A DNA stretch of 64,000 bases from the NCBI GenBank assembly GCA_001600695.1, contig BCKQ01000003.1, forward strand, positions 840,587 to 904,586, in the 5' to 3' direction. How positions within the stretch are numbered: position 1 is the first letter of the stretch; each line of letters begins with the position of its first letter. A program made the translations under genes and the position numbers. Positions 22,540-35,814 of this stretch are shown piece after piece. A model generated the notes under the pieces. The model saw only the letters and a program-made list of their open reading frames with translations. It did no database searches and was not told the DNA's origin. This DNA is from Ascoidea asiatica JCM 7603. Its lineage: Eukaryota > Fungi > Ascomycota.

Positions 22540-25500
22540 TTTTTTTTAATAATGATAAATTATAATAGAGAATGACAAAATTTAACTTAAAATACAAAAT
22601 GTAAATAAATTTAAATTATATTTATGATAAAATTAAAGAAAATATATGGATATAGATAGATTATATGGAAGAAAGAAAGAAAGAAAGTATTTAAAGATTA
22701 GTAGATTTAAATGAATAAGTATTATCAGTAATTATTAGAGTATTTGATATATATTATAAATAGGATAATGAATATGATAATGAATATGATATTGAATATG
22801 ATATTGAATACAGTAAAATTTAAAATAATAAAAGGATTATTTTAAATTGAGAAGGAAAAAATGTATTGATAAAATAAAAAAGAAAATGAGTATTAATATG
22901 GCTTACAATTAATATATTATAAAAAAACAGAGAGAATATCTCAGTAATTAGTGTAGTAAGAAATAGAAATTTAGTGTATTGAGTTAAATAGTTGAGTAAA
23001 TTAGATCAATGTATTGAAATATTATTATTATTATGATTGATATTGATAGTGATAATGGAAAACAAACAAATTGAATTCAAAAAGCATGAATAGTAAGTAA
23101 TAATTAATTAATAGTTAATTAATAATTAATTGTTAATAGGCTATTTGAATTTATGATTAAATAAATAAATGAATATTCAAATATTTAAAAAAAATAGTTG
23201 AAAAAAGATTAAAAATATGCTGAAAAGAAGAAAATAAGTTGAAAATAATTTGAAAATAAATTAAAAAAAAGTGGAAAAAACCTTGAGAATACTAATGAAT
23301 ATGATACTGGCAAGTTTAATTAGAAACCTGATTGAGAATAATACAAGAATTAGAATTAGAATGAGAATAAATGAAAGAATAAGAGTAAAAATGAAAATAA
23401 AAGGCAAATAAGCAAATATTATTATTATTAGTATTATTATTAGTATTAGTATTAGTATTAGAATTTTATTTCAAAATTATTTCATAATTATTTCATTATT
23501 ATTTTATTATTCTTAGCCTGCAAAAGTATCACAATCTGTTGCAATATTCATCCATATGAATTAGCGTCAGGAGTTAAGGCACGCGGACTGTAGCACCTCA
23601 GCGTGGGAACCTGGAAACTGGGCCCTGCAAAATGCCCCAGGCTGCTCGGGACCCCAAAAAGCCCAGGTGTCCCAAGGACACAATGGCCCAATTGCCCAAT
23701 GACCGCTTCTCTAGACACAGTTGCTATTCAAAGATTGTTGTTCCCGCGACTCGGTTTCCCGTCGGTGGGCGCGGGAAAAGAAACTTTAACTGACAACGGT
23801 GGGTGTATTTAAAAGCGGGTCAATGTAAAAAATGCTTTTACTTCGGAACACAAAATTATCGGAAACCTGAACCCAAATATGTGCTACAGTAACCTGGGCA
23901 GTACCACAGGAAGGAGCACAGTATCAAAGTGGATTAATCAGCTCGTACCATTCACATTGCTTCTTCCTATCACTCCCTATCAATTTACTTCAATCTTTAA
24001 ATCCAATACCAGAGTAGTCATGTCTTGAAGTACTGCTGTCTGGAAGTATTGTGCTGTCTTTGTGTCTCGATGAATTGATATCATTTACAAACAAAAAAGA
24101 AGTATTTTTAAAACAATTTCATTTTCAATGACTGTTACTCAGTTGTAGAGTTTTTTGGGGTTGATTTTTGTTATTCAACATTCCAGTATTTGTATGGTTG
24201 CAATAATCCCCATTTCTGCCTCATTTTTTTTTTTTTTTTTTGAATCCAGGAACTTCTGGCTTGCAAACATGAAATTTTTTTTTAATCTCTGTAGAGATAT
24301 AAAAAAGCATTCTTTTTCAAAATTCTGTTTCAACCCAGATGAAATTAAATACTAGGAAGGATAAATCATTTATTAATGTACCAGGATATAAGTCTTAAAT
24401 GGGTTTCTTGGGCTTTTTTCGCTATTTAAATACTCCATGTTCTATGGTATGATTTCAAGATTATACTCAATAAAACACAATAAAAGCGCTAATTTGAATC
24501 ATCTTTACCACACACTAAAATATAAAATATAAAATTCAACATAAATAAAAATAAGGTTGAAACACCAATCTTATGTGCACCTAATAGATCAATTTGTTAT
24601 TATCCTCAACACTGAGTTTACAGTTTTTCCACTTATCAAAGCTGAGATAAGCCATCAACCACCGGTTTTCACCGAGCCTTGCTGGCATTTTTGATTTTTC
24701 TGAGTTCGATTAAGTTTGATTGGGAATTTATTTTGGTGATATTTTAATTTAATTTTGCCTACAAAATCCATTCCATTTTTTTAATTTGGTTTTTCGGGTC
24801 TGTTTTACATAATTGCGGGTTTGTATACCCCAGAAACATTCTGATGAAGTCACAGTCACGTGAAATACACGGATCTATAATTTTGATTTTGTAGAGCCGT
24901 ATCCGGAAGATGTATCACATGACTTGCATTTCTTGGTGCCAAGAAGCACGGGTGCTGTTGCAAAGACAAAGACGAAGGCAGGGTGACTGCTTCCAACCGA
25001 GGGAGTGTTGCTGGGCTTGCTTGGTCCGGCTTGCTCTGGCTGCAATCCGTGGGATCTTCGTAATTTCTCCGGCTTATCCAATCAATTAATAAAATATTCC
25101 ACGTGTTTTAGTAATATAGAATGAAATGTATTAACATTTTGTCTTCTTTTTTTATTTTGTTTAGTTTTTAAAAATCGTGAAACCCTTTATAATCAGTATT
25201 TTATTTTATAAACTAAATGATATAACTTTTTTATAAATTCCTTTATCTACCGTGGGCCTAAGTCTAGGGGTTAAACAAAATTAATGCTCATCATGAAATA
25301 AAATGGATTTAGCGATAAAGGTTAAATAATTACTGATACTGAAATTGATATTGATATTAATTTATTGATGATTAACTGGTTTATTAGTTTAAACAACTGA
25401 ATAAAAAATTTATTGTTTTTTTTTTATTCAATAAAATATTTCTCAATTTATTAATATATTTAATTAAAGGACTCAAAGTTTTTAATAGATTTAATAAAAT

Positions 25501-26211
25501 ATTCGAGCAAGCAAATAAATTCAAAATAACTGTCATATTTTGAAAATATTGTATATTTCTTGAATTCCTCTTGATTTTAGAATACATTCACCTAAAACAA
25601 CCATAATATATACATTTTTTTTTATTTTCCCATATAATTTTAAAATATTATATAATCCCTTAAAAATTTATTAATATTATCAAAGACTATAGATAAATTA
25701 TTAAAATACACAATATAAAACATTAATTTGCAAAAAAAAATTCAGTTTTAAAATTGTTACATCAAAAACAATCTATCAAATAATTTTTTTTGGTTTTACC
25801 AAAAGGGATATTTTCATAACTTTCTCAATTTTTAAATCAGTATCCAATATTATATTCTATCAATATATCTAAGAAACTTATCTAAAAGATATAAGAAAAT
25901 TATTTTAAAAGATTGCTATTAACTAAATTCCTCAAATTTATTCCTTGAAACTGTTTCTTAAAAGTATTCTCTAAAAGTATTCCCTAAAATATTTTTCAAA
26001 TAAATCAAATTATCCCATAAAGTTTTATTCAATACCTCATTTTATTCATTAGAAATTATTATATTATTATATGAGAATGCTTATATGATAAAATAAATTC
26101 AAATTCTACAAAATTTCCATAATAAAAAATATATTTCATACATTTATTTATATAAACAAAAAAAAAATTCAATTTAAAAAATATAAATTTAAAATATAAA
26201 TTGAAAAAAAA

Positions 26212-28323
26212 ATGTCTGAATCAATACCTAATTTATACCCTACTGCAACTTCAACTCCATTATTAGTTTCCTATTTATCATCAACTACTTCTGCCTTAGC
26301 TGATTCTTCATATCCATCCCCTTCCTCTTCATCATCATCTTCTTCTTCTTCTACAAATTGGACTGCAAATAAACCGTCTGCTGTTTTATTTTTTATAGCT
26401 GTAGCTGTTGGTGTCTTTATTGCTATTTTATTTATATTCTTTACCATAAGATACTTCTTAAGATCAAGAATTGGTATACATTTATCAACTTCTTCAAATC
26501 AAGATTTACAAGATTTAACTTCAATTTTATTATTCGATTATTATAATCATGCCCATAATAATCAATCACACAATAATAATAACAACAATGATGATAATAA
26601 TGACAATAATAATGATAATGACAATGACAATAATAACAACAACGATAATAATAATAACAATAACAATAACAATAATGCTGATATTAATCAAGAAATTCCT
26701 CAAAGACCAAGAAGATCAAGATTTAGAAATTTCTTTTATTCTTCAAATACCTACCATTTACCTCAACATCAATTCACTTTATATCCAACTTATAATTTTT
26801 TAAATTATGAATTAAATAATTTTTCAAATTTAAATAATCAAAATTCTTCAAATTTAAATAGATCAAGAAGAAGATATAAATATTTAAAAAGAAGAAAATT
26901 AAGTAAAATTGAAGTTGAATATTTATTTCCAAATAGAACTTATATAAATTGGTTAAATGGTGGTGCTGAAAAAGATGCAATTGAAAGAAACATTCATGAT
27001 CAAATTAAATATAATGATGTTAATATTGATCAAGATGAATTTAATGAAAAATTAAATAATGATCTGGATGATGATGATAATCATAATACTACCGATAATA
27101 ATAACAATAACAATAACATCACAGATATCAATAATACAAATACTACTTCTACCAAAAATAAAAATAATCTTAAACTTCCTAATAATACAGTAAATAATGG
27201 TAGTAACCCTTCAGATACAACACTTACTATAATAAATTTAACTTCTTCTCCAATAATAAATGATGTGGATAATATTGAAAATGATATAACTGCAAATTCA
27301 ATTATAAATTCGAAATTTTCTCCAATAATTTCTAATAAATTATCTATTAATAAAACTTTAAGTCCTACAACTGAAAATAATTTAATTGAAAAAGAATATG
27401 ATATAGCTGAATTACATCCTTTAAATACATCTAATAATAATAATCATAATAATAAAGATATTATAAATAATATTACAACTACTATTAATGATCAAAATCG
27501 TGATACAATAATTAATAATACTCCTCATTTTACTTCAGGAATTTGTGCTATTTGTATTGAAGAATTTCAAGATGATGATAATGTGCGTGGTTTAATTTGT
27601 GGTCATGTATTTCATACTGAATGTATTGATCCTTGGTTAACTACAAGAAAAGCTTGTTGTCCAAGTTGTAAAAGAGATTATTTTATTAAAAATTCAAATT
27701 TAAATGCTAAAACCAATTCAAGACATAATAGACGTCTTCGTCATCATAATCGTCATGATGAATCTATTGAAAATGATAATAATGAAACAGTGAATCCTCA
27801 TCTTGAATTATTGGCTCAAGAAGAAATTGATGCTTTAAGAGAAGAAGAAGAACAATATCTTCAAAATATTAGAAATCAACATAATAATCAACCTGATTCC
27901 TTTAATGAATATTTCAATCGTTTTAGACCATTAGATATTAGAGCAAATGAAGTTCTAATTGCCAATCCAGAATTTGAGCAATTATCAGTAGATAAAATCA
28001 ACAGTTCATTTTTCAATTGGAGGTATAGATTTTTTTGGAACGTTATGGGTATAACTAAAAGGGATTTAATTAATGCTTTTATTATTTGTTTGGCCCATCG
28101 TCAACATGAAAATTCAACAAATGAGAGTAATGATGCTGACTCAAACAATAATACAACTAATCCTAATTCTAGTGTAGCTAATAACGATATCACTAATTCG
28201 ACTTCAAATGCTGCTAATAATAATACTTCTTCTACTAATACCCAACCTATTGGATCTATTGAAGAGACATCTGAATCTCATAGGATTGCAAATGATCGTC
28301 ATTCACTTGATAATGCAGTCTAG
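26212..28323 (+). CDS. Single-pass membrane RING-H2 E3 ubiquitin ligase
   Basis: TM segment AVLFFIAVAVGVFIAILFIFFTI. RING-H2 CAICIEEFQDDDNVRGLICGHVFHTECIDPWLTTRKACCPSC. Confidence 0.9.
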   Translation: MSESIPNLYPTATSTPLLVSYLSSTTSALADSSYPSPSSSSSSSSSSTNWTANKPSAVLFFIAVAVGVFIAILFIFFTIRYFLRSRIGIHLSTSSNQDLQDLTSILLFDYYNHAHNNQSHNNNNNNDDNNDNNNDNDNDNNNNNDNNNNNNNNNNADINQEIPQRPRRSRFRNFFYSSNTYHLPQHQFTLYPTYNFLNYELNNFSNLNNQNSSNLNRSRRRYKYLKRRKLSKIEVEYLFPNRTYINWLNGGAEKDAIERNIHDQIKYNDVNIDQDEFNEKLNNDLDDDDNHNTTDNNNNNNNITDINNTNTTSTKNKNNLKLPNNTVNNGSNPSDTTLTIINLTSSPIINDVDNIENDITANSIINSKFSPIISNKLSINKTLSPTTENNLIEKEYDIAELHPLNTSNNNNHNNKDIINNITTTINDQNRDTIINNTPHFTSGICAICIEEFQDDDNVRGLICGHVFHTECIDPWLTTRKACCPSCKRDYFIKNSNLNAKTNSRHNRRLRHHNRHDESIENDNNETVNPHLELLAQEEIDALREEEEQYLQNIRNQHNNQPDSFNEYFNRFRPLDIRANEVLIANPEFEQLSVDKINSSFFNWRYRFFWNVMGITKRDLINAFIICLAHRQHENSTNESNDADSNNNTTNPNSSVANNDITNSTSNAANNNTSSTNTQPIGSIEETSESHRIANDRHSLDNAV

Positions 28324-29428
28324 ATTTAGTGAATATTCTGCTCTTCATTAGACGATACGAGACTTTTTTTGTCTCTTTACATTTTTTGTTCGTCTATTCT
28401 TTTCCTTAGTATATCCTACGGTTTTTTCTTCCCTCACATAATATTCTTTGGTTATTTTCTTACTTATCGTTTATTAATTTTGAACATTTTTTGATTCTTT
28501 TTTTTGATTTTATGACTGCTTTCTGATTATTTATTGGTTTTATTGGTTTTATCGTTGCAGCTATTTATACATTTTACATTTAGCCTTAATCAATTGAGCT
28601 TCTTGATTTATGAAATTAACTTTTTTTAGCATATTTCTTTTTTAATTCTCTTCAATTCCTATTTTTAATTTTATATTCTACTTTAATACTTGTGAAACTA
28701 CTGTAGTAAACTTACAACTTTCGGATCTGTAGACCATTTATCTTTAAAAATAGACCACTTGTAACTTTCCTTTTTTGTTTCCCAAAATTTTGATGATTTT
28801 AGACTAGGTATAAGATTCATCAAAGAGCGTGAAAAAAACATATCATGTAATTATAACTTGATGTCTAGAAAATTTATTAAAAGCTATTTATTTATTTTCT
28901 CATAGGTTTCGAGGGAAAGTTTTTGTTGTAAAATGTAAATTAAAGTACAATTAACAGTAGGTATAATTTTGGAAAAAAATTTCAAATATAAAAAAATATA
29001 AGAGTAATAAAGTTTAGAATGAAAAAAAGAACGACGACAGATTTAAAGAAAGAGAAATTAAACTATAAAGAATAATTTTTAATAATTAAATAAACAATAA
29101 AAAAATTTGTTCAAGAAAAAAGTAAATAAAAAAAACATCACAATCTGCTGAAACAGAGCATAAACTGAGAACAGTGGAAAATGTATGAATGCCATAAATA
29201 AAAAACCAATATACATAGTAAACAATATAAAAAATAAGAAAGAAGAAAACAAGAAAATACACGATGGATATAAATGATATAAAAAAAAAAAGAAAAATTT
29301 TCAAGCTTTAATAAAACTAAAAGTGATTTCATATTCCTTTTTTAATTTGTTTTTTTCTATTAGTAGTTTTTGTTAAAAGAGTGCTGAAAGATTATAAGGT
29401 AAACCATGTAATATTATATATACAGAAA

Positions 29429-31437
29429 TCATTTTTTTGATTTTGCAACAATTTTCCAACCATTATCATCAACATCATCAACGGTTAAAGCAGCTGCAGC
29501 TTTTTCTAATTGAGTTAATTGTTCTTTTTTTGGAGCAATTTTTACAGATTTATTTTCTTTATCATCATCATCATCATCTTCAGTAGTTAATACACTATAA
29601 ATTGATTTTTTTGGTTTAGGTGGAGCAACTTGAAGTTCTTCATTTTTAGATTTTGGATTGATATATGAATGATTTTTAAATTGACGAGGATTTGCATGAA
29701 GTTTTTCACCACGTTTAGACCAATCAAGTTCTTCTTTCTGTTCTTTTGGATCTCTTGATGAAGATTTTCTTCTATAAGTATTTGGTTTCATATTATTATT
29801 ATTATTATTATTATTATTGTTGTTGTTGTTATTATTATTATGATTCTGTTTTGAATTATTGAAAGATCTTGGACCAGTACGAGCAGAACCCCAATCAAGT
29901 TCAGGTTCTTCAATACGTGGTTTTCTTTCTCTAAAATGAGGTTTGAAAGCTTGTTTATCTTTTTGAATTTCATTTGAATCATTTGAATCATTTGATTCAG
30001 TGATAATTTCATCATTATTATCTTTTTTAAAATCTTTTTTAAATTCTTTTTCTTTTTTTGGAATAGATGGAGGTAATTCAGCTTTTTCTTTTACAGCAGA
30101 TTCCCAATCAAGTTCAGGTTCTTCTTTTCTTGGTTTTCTTGGTTCCCTTGGTTCTCTTTGTTCTCTTGGTTCTCTTCGATGATATTTTTTTTCATTAAAT
30201 TCATTTTTTTGTTTTTCTTCTTCAGTTTGTGGAGGTAATTCAATTTTAGTTGAACGAGCAGCACCCCAATCTAAATCAGGTTCTTCTTTACGCAATGGTT
30301 TTCTTTGTCTTGAATTATGACGTTCATTTGAAATAATACTTGAAGATCTTTGATTTGATTGTGGTAAATCAGCTTTTTCTTTTAAAGCTTTTTCCCAATC
30401 TAAATTATCTTCTTTAAATTCACGATGTGGTCTTTCAAAACTTCCAGTTCTTGGAGTATTTGGTCTTCTATTTGATCTTTGTCTTTCAGAATTTAAATTT
30501 GATGGAGGTAATGAAATTTTTTCATCACGAGCAGTACCCCAATCTAATTCAGGTTCAGGAGATTTATTACGACCACCAAAATCATTATTATCATTATCAT
30601 CATAATTTCTATTGAAATTTCCATTACCTCTACCTCTTTGTTGAAATCTTGAATTTGAACCACTTCTCATATTATTATTATTGTTGTTGTTGTTATTATC
30701 TAAAGGAGGTAATGGACCACCAGATCTTAAATTTGACCAATCAATTTCTTTTTCTTCTCTTGGACCAGAATTTGAAAATCTATTATTTGACATACCACCA
30801 CCACTATTCATTCTATCATTTTTATTTGGAGAAGCAACATTAATATAAACTTTTCTACCATTTAATTCATCACCAGAATATTGTAAAATATTTTCAAGAT
30901 CATTTCTATTTTTAAAAGTAACAAAAGCAAAACCTCTTAATTTAGATCTATCCATATTATCTCTTGGTAGAGTTAAATCATCAATTATATTACTATTTGA
31001 TTGTAATTTTTGATTTAAATAATCACTTAATGAATTTTCATCAGCATCCCAAGGTAAATTATTAATAATTGCTTTATATGGAGGTTGATCAGGAACAGGA
31101 AATTCTTCTCTTACAGGTTTTGAAGAATAATTTGAAGTTGTACCTTGACGATAACTATCAGATCTATTACCCATATTATTTGATAAACCAAAACCAGAAG
31201 ATGCAAAACGAGATTGAGCTTGCATTGTTGGAACAGAAATTGAAGAAATATCAAGATCATCATCAGCCCATGAACCACCTAAAGATTCATCAGCAAGAAA
31301 GGATGCTAAATCCATTTTTTGAGCCTTTTTTGGAGCTTTATATTAAAGAAGAAATAAAAAAATTTGATATTAGTAACATTTTTACTTTAAATGAAAATTG
31401 AATGAAAATATATAGATGAATAATAATACATACCCAT
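29429..31437 (-). CDS. TIF3: Translation initiation factor eIF4B, 636 aa; exons 31437-31434 and 31335-29429
   Basis: The spliced N-terminus MAPKKAQKMDLASFLADESLGGSWADDD matches Tif3. It has an RRM (PPYKAIINNLPWD, RGFAFVTF), about 7 (EPE)LDWxxxR/K repeats and the C-terminus KSIYSVL...GWKIV. Confidence 0.95.
31336..31433 (-). other. Spliceosomal intron (98 nt, phase 1) in TIF3
   Basis: ATGG|GTATGT; branch-like TACTAAT at 31375-31369; AAG acceptor at 31338-31336; the join is in frame. Confidence 0.85.
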
Positions 31438-31854
31438 TTTGAAAAAATTTGATAATTTTTTTTTATAAATTTAATTAAAAATAAATTAATTATTAAAAGA
31501 TTATGTTTGAAATTTTAAATAAAAATTTCAATATTTTATATATTTATATTCTTTTATTTGTAAATATTTAAATATATGTGTATATATATATATATAGATA
31601 GATTAAATTCTATATAAAATATAAGATAACTATATAAAAAAAAAAAGAAAGATATAATAAATATATTAAAGGAAGTAACAATCACAAGAATATATCAAGC
31701 AATAGAATAAATTATATAATCTAATAATGTGTATGTAATGTAATAATAGTAATAAAAATAAATTAGAATAATTATTCAAATTGCTGAATTTTATTGAGAG
31801 TTTAGATTGAAAGTAATTGATTGTTTTTGCTTAGACGACACTTTGTAGAAAAAA

Positions 31855-31865
31855 TGAAAAATTTT
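31855..31865. promoter_or_regulatory. RRPE element upstream of TIF3
   Basis: Perfect TGAAAAATTTT, as expected for a translation/ribosome-biogenesis regulon gene. Confidence 0.55.
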
Positions 31866-31946
31866 CCTTTAAAGTTATGAAAAAAATTAAAGGCATTTTT
31901 GAAAAAGAATGAAACGATGAAAGTTTGCTGTGAGAAATGTTAGCAA

Positions 31947-32081
31947 GGCTGGTTGGGGCTGGTTGGGGCTGGTTGGGGCTGAGGAAGGTGTTGGGGTGCA
32001 CGCTCAGGCAGTGCTTTTGGACCGGTTCTTGGGAGGTTTGGGGTTTAGGGGGGTTGGGAGGTTTAGGGGGATTTAAAGGGG
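31947..32081 (+). repeat. (GGCTGGTTGG)x3 tandem repeat plus G-tract cluster (G-quadruplex consensus)
   Basis: A 10-bp unit at 31947-31980. Six G3-G6 runs with short loops at 32031-32081. Confidence 0.8.
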
Positions 32082-32490
32082 TTAACTACGGATAACAATG
32101 GAAAAAGTTACGGATTATATAAGCATGATGTTTAGAGACCGCTTTTATGGAACTTCTTGTACATGCAAAGAAACGTATTTAGCTGTCTTTTGCCGTTGAC
32201 TTGGCATTTCCTTGCAGTACCCAGATTTTCAAATTATTTTTATATAACTTTATTCATTACTACTGTACTACTGTACTTTTATTTATTATTCAATGATGAT
32301 TTTTTATTTAAATTTATTTAAATTACATAAAATAAAATGATTTTTAAGGAGAAAGAGAAGAAAAGTATTGTTATTATAATATAGCGGAACACTTCAATAT
32401 ATATGAAGGATATGATGTTTATAGATGTAAGAAAAAAGAAATGAAATTTAATGAAATGATTATTAATTTTTTTTTTTAGTTTTTTTTATG

Positions 32491-32789
32491 TCAATTATCA
32501 AAATTATTCAAATATCTTTCTGTTGAATTAGAGAAGTTTAAATATTGTATACTTTTTCTAAAGGACTTAGAAGTATTTGATGAAGAAGAAGAATTACTAT
32601 CATTAGTAGTAGTAGTAGTAGTAGTAGTGTTAGCTGTGTTTGTAATAGATTGTGGATTAAATTGAGTTTGATTTTGAAGTGGATGTGGAGGAGGTACAGC
32701 CAGATTTATATTATTATTATATTGAGACATTGAGATATTTGAAATTGAATCATTTTGATTAAAAGAACTATGAAAATCATAATAATCTC

Positions 32790-32829
<40 letters not shown>

Positions 32830-34329
32830 ATAATTATTATAATTTGAATTTATAATATCATGTTTTAAAGAACCAATACAAACTTGATTTGAATAATTAT
32901 TATAATCCATATCAATAAATTTTCCACTATAAATATCTTTTAATTGAATTTTATTATATTGATTATCATTATCTTTGTTATTATTATAAAGAATATTATT
33001 AATATGATTTAAATCATTAAAATTTTTTGAGATTGGTAAATATGAATAAAAAGTTGAAGAATCATTTGATAAACAATAAATAATTTTTTTATTATTAATA
33101 TAATTAAATTTATTATTATCATTAATTATTGAAAATTTAGAATTTTTTATAAATTTATTATTTAAATTTAAAAAATTAGATAAATTATAATATTTATAAA
33201 TTAATTTATTTTTATTATTTAAATCAAAAATTCTAATTTCATTATTATTAGTTGATAAAGTATAAATAAAATTTGAATCATAATCAATTTCAAATTGTTT
33301 ATTACCATTATCAATTGTATTATTATTATTAATATTATTATTAATATTATTATTAATATTATTATTAATATTATTTGTAAAAGATTTATATTGATTTTTT
33401 TTATTAAATCTTAAATCATATAAATTTATATTTGAATCTAAATTTGAAGTTGAAATAATTTTATAATCATTATAAAATTTTAAATCAGTTAATTTATTAT
33501 TAATTTTTAAATTATTATTATGATTTGAAATTAAATTAAAAATTGAATTTTTTTGTCTAATATCATAAATTGATAATAAATTTTTATTTGAAGTTATTAA
33601 TAAATTTTTATTAAATTTTGAAAAACATGAATTATTAAAACAAGAAATTGAATTTAAAGATTTAATTGAATTAATTTTAAAAATTGAAATTTTTTTTATT
33701 GAATCTAATAAATTAATTTGATTTAATTGAGTTATTAAAAAAATTGAATCATCATTTGATAAATTTAAATTAATAATATTACCAAAATTAATTAAATTTG
33801 AAAAATTTTCTAAAATTACAGTATCTTGTTTAATTTCTGAATGAATATTAATTAAACCATTATTATCACCAGATAATACAAAAGAATTATTATTAAAAGT
33901 TTTTAATTTAAAATTTATAGAATTTGAAGAATATGAAATTATATGAGAATTTGAAATTTTTTTATTTTTTAAATAATATAAAGGTAAATAATTATTCCAA
34001 TTATTTAAATAATTTAAATTTGATAAATTTGAATAAATGAGTAAATTATTTTGATTTATATTATTATTATTATTATTATTTGAAATAAATTTTAAATTAT
34101 GATTATTAATATTTTGATATAATTGATTTTTTTTTAAATTTATATTCAGATTTGATAATGATCTTTTTCTCTTTACTTGAATATTGTTATTGTTATTGTT
34201 ATTGTCAACTTCATGTTCTTGTTCTTGTTCTTGTTCTTCTTGTTCTTGTACTTGTTGTTCTTCTTTTTCTTTTTCTTTGCCTTTGTTTTTATTTTTATTG
34301 TTATTTTGTAATAAGGATACAATATCCAT
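32491..34329 (-). CDS. Highly Asn-enriched WD40 protein, probable Cdt2/DTL (CRL4 substrate receptor) homolog
   Basis: First ATG at 34329. WD blades VLSGDNNGLINIH, INLNLSNDDSIFL, CFSKFNKNLLIT..IYDIR, IISTSNLDSNINLYDLR, IYTLSTNNNEIRIFD and FIKNSKFS occur in the same order as in DTL/Cdt2. Two DxR motifs. Confidence 0.55.
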
Positions 34330-34747
34330 TCTCAAAATATATATATATATATATATATACTATATATTGTATATGATATATATTATATGATTTTGATACA
34401 TATAGATTTAAATATATATCAATCTATCAATATATATATGAGATATGAGATATTATTACTTTTTAGTATTATTTTATAAATTATATTGATAATATTAGTA
34501 TTATTATTAACATCTTTATTATATTAACAACAGAGTTATACTCCTAATATATATAATATATATAATATATATAATATATAATGATATTATTATATCATTG
34601 TTTTAGCATAGTCTCGTTATTATATCACTGATATTTTGGTAGTGTTTCTATTGTTTTATTGTTTTATTATGGCAGTTGGAAGCCAGCGGGATTGAAATAG
34701 GACAAAGAAGAGCAACAAAAGAAGCAAAAGAAGGAAGAGCCCAGTCC

Positions 34748-34920
34748 TAGCTGAGCCCGGGCTGCGTCTGGCTGCGTCTGGCTGCATCTGGCGATTTTGG
34801 AGGTTTTGTGTTTGTGTTCTGGTGGTTTTGGTGCGTGTGGTGCGTGTGGTGTTGGAAGTGGTTGGTGGTTGGTGGTTGGTGACTGTGGGGAATCCAGTCA
34901 CGTGTGGGTGGGTCACTGTG
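34748..34920. repeat. GC/TG-rich island: (GGCTGCGTCT)-type 10-mer x3, TG/GGT-rich tract and GTCACGTG
   Basis: Seen directly; it lies in the divergent promoter between the WD40 gene and the micro-gene. Confidence 0.7.
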
Positions 34921-35814
34921 TTTCCTAATTGATATAATCATAACTAGATAATTAGATATTTAGGTAATTAGGTAATTAGTTATTTAGTTAATTAGTTGAT
35001 ATTTGATACGTTACAAAAAAAAGCAGGAAGAGAATCTTCAAGTTGGGAAACAAATAAATAAATCTACTGATTGTGGAGTGAAGAAGTGAATGAAGAAGTG
35101 AAGAATCATTCACCAACTATTACTAACAATCACTTGATGCACTCCTTCAATACAATACAATACAATACAATCAATTCTCTCTCTTCTTTCTCTTCTTTCT
35201 CTTCTCCAGGTTTATTCAATTGACTTATTCAATTGACTTAATTCAAATTCCAGGTGTAAAAACGCCGTTTGGATACTTTGAATGTTTGAAACCTGGGGAA
35301 GGCCAGATGTTCAATCATTGAATATATGAAGAATTCATTGAATATCTTAAGAAATCTTAAGAAATCTTAAGAAATCTTAAGAAATGTGTTATTTCATAAA
35401 TGAATATTCAATTATTTCAGTTATTTTCAAATCTTCAATTTTACCAGTTTACCAGTTTATCATTTATCATTTATCATTTATTTTACCTTTTACCTTTTAC
35501 TTTTTACTTTTTCATTTTACATTTTACATTTTACTATCAATACTATTATTAGTTAATACTAAATATACTACTATACTAAATATACTATTATACTATTATA
35601 CTATTATACTATTATACTATTATACTGTTTATTTAATATTTATATAAATATGGGGTAAATTCTTCCTTTTTATATCCATATCCATACAATCTATCAATCT
35701 ATCAATCTATCAATCTATCAATTTATCATTATATCTTATATCTCATATTATATATTATATATTATATTATATTATATTATACTATCATTCTCTCACTTCA
35801 TATCATATATCAAA

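Noticed and set aside
23570-23830. GC island as RNase MRP or RNase P RNA
   Set aside because: The partial resemblances (AAATGCCCC, ACAATGG) do not complete the CR-I/CR-V helix; it is treated as a promoter island.
24856-24864. GTCACGTG as CDEI of a point centromere (also at 34897 and 36431)
   Set aside because: No ~80-bp AT-rich CDEII followed by a CDEIII; ordinary Cbf1-type promoter sites are more likely.
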